From positions 24,304,001-24,368,000 of the forward strand of contig CM060734.1 in assembly GCA_030704615.1 (NCBI GenBank): a stretch of 64,000 bases of DNA, in the 5' to 3' direction. Position numbers and translations under genes: made by a program. Source of the DNA: Takakia lepidozioides. Lineage: Eukaryota > Plantae > Bryophyta. Each line of letters starts with the position of its first letter. Within the stretch, counting starts at the first letter, position 1. Positions 62,400 through 64,000 of this stretch are shown here, piece after piece. The notes below the pieces were generated by a model. The model was not told where the DNA came from. It searched no databases and saw only the letters and a list, made by a program, of their open reading frames with translations.

Positions 62400-63240
62400 A
62401 ACTTCCAAATAGCCACTTGGGGGTAGAAAGAGATAAAGATAAATTTTCTCTAACGTGGCTAACCTCTACCTTGATAAATTCCATAGTAAAGAGGAAAGAG
62501 TTCACCAACGCCACTGAGGATTGTGCACACTGTTGCTTAACATCAACAGTCACCTATGCATAAACAGCCCTTGTAACATAAATAATAGCATCTGCATTCA
62601 TGTCTTGGTGAGCTATGGAATGTAGGAGACTGAAAGCACGGAGTAGGGTCAGAGTAAGGTCAGCGTACATGTTGTAAACATCACCCTAACGAATCTTGAC
62701 AATAGCTATGAAATCACCCAAAGAACATCTCCAAGAATGCACGGACTCCAACCACGGTAGGACACAAGTATCAATCTCACCTCAACATCACAAAGAAGCT
62801 CCGCAATGGCAATAGCTTTGGCTATCCAAACCATCTTCGCTAATAGAATCCGATATACAACCTCCCTTTTGATACGCAACGTACCACAACATTGTGTATG
62901 TATTCAGCCATATAACAACCACCATTATCACTCAATGCTTCACAAGAAAGTATTTGACCTTCTAATATTTAAAAATATTCTTCAAACCCTCATAATGTGT
63001 CATAGACCTGCCCTCTTGCACCAAGTGCAATATAGCCAGAAATTGGACAAGTTTTCTCTTTACCCTCACCAACGTGATCACCATCTGCAGTTTGTTGCAG
63101 GATGAAATCACAAGCTTTAGAGCATAGAGCCTTGGCATGTTGGGAAGCACCACTCCCTTGCTGCAACACCACCAGGCATTGCAATTTTAGCTTCTCTTCT
63201 GCCAACATATCTGGAACTTCCGGACTAAAAGTTTCCCTCA
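62400..63240 (-). pseudogene. Degenerate hAT-like (ZNF862-type) transposase relic
   Basis: Minus-strand pieces KRKLVQFLAILHLVQEGRSMTHYEGLK, LCDVEV..LPWLESVH and GDFIAIVKIR*GDVYNMY; many stops and frameshifts. Family call is from recall. Confidence 0.5.
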
Positions 63241-64000
63241 ATCTTTATAGAGATTAATATCTTATAATCTATGTGATACCTGTAATTATATTACTATCTA
63301 CAGTTAATTATGGCAATTTAGGCCTGTTTGTACAAAATTTTAAAAAGCCACAAATAATAAAACAAGCGTTTAGTCGGGTATGGCTCCTCTTTTGAATAGT
63401 GAAATCTACTTCATCCATAATAAACTTAAGAAAGTCGTCCATTTATTATTCAGAAATTGTTCAATAAGAGAGATTTACATGAGGGAGGTGTTACCTGGAG
63501 GCGTTTCAGCAAAGGAGATGAAGTGACACCTGGGGAAGGCACAACAGGGGCTTAGCGATTTTTGACACTGATGCGTAATCCTCTTTTTAGAATAAAGATT
63601 AGCCAATAAAACCAAAGTTTCGCCCATAAAACTTCAAAGGTTTTCCAAGGTTATATTCAAAGGTATATGGCATCAATGGTTTGGCCAACAAAACTTTAAG
63701 AGTTTTGTCAAAATTTCAAAACTAAATGGGTTGCGACGACAAGGTTGGACAAAATGACTCTCTAGCTAAGACTAAACACATCGGCATCACGTCATGACTA
63801 CACGTCTTTGCGGGGCCTGTGATGACTCATGGCAACAAAGCCATGTCTGTGCAAAATTAAGGGTACCCCACAGAACCTGTAAATCGTCTAGTCCCAGACA
63901 GCCCTGTAACATTATCCCCTCCTCTCTCAAAAAGCCGTGCCCTCATGGTTTACTACTTGGGGTCAGCAAACCTCTGTGAATGGGCACCCGTATGCTTATG

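Noticed and set aside
1-64000. tRNA or rRNA genes
   Set aside because: None recognised; the only tRNA-related sequence is the retrotransposon PBS.

Overview
Eukaryotic nuclear DNA from a plant, most likely a bryophyte (inferred from the callose synthase and the transposon types). The right third holds an apparently intact callose synthase gene (CalS/GSL, + strand, 41954-62080, about 42 coding exons) and a hAT-like transposase relic. The left 38 kb is a nested stack of transposable elements. It contains a young but internally deleted chromoviral Ty3/gypsy element (726-bp LTRs, GTAAG target-site duplication), non-chromoviral gypsy remnants with a long accessory ORF, a non-autonomous CACTA element (30-bp TIRs, TTA duplication) inside a LINE fragment, and two large degenerate L1-like LINEs, one with an internal inversion. 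The most unusual content is a spliced, now pseudogenised gene at 1-3574 ending in a prokaryote-type beta-class N4C/N6A DNA methyltransferase domain. One of its introns carries six spaced 24-bp palindromes, and it is followed by a SWIM zinc-finger ORF and a 74-bp tandem array, so it may be cargo of an undescribed mobile element. A separate relic of a DNMT3/DRM-like C5-cytosine methyltransferase lies at about 19150-19460, fused to retroelement sequence. All domain calls come from motif recognition by eye; no searches were run.
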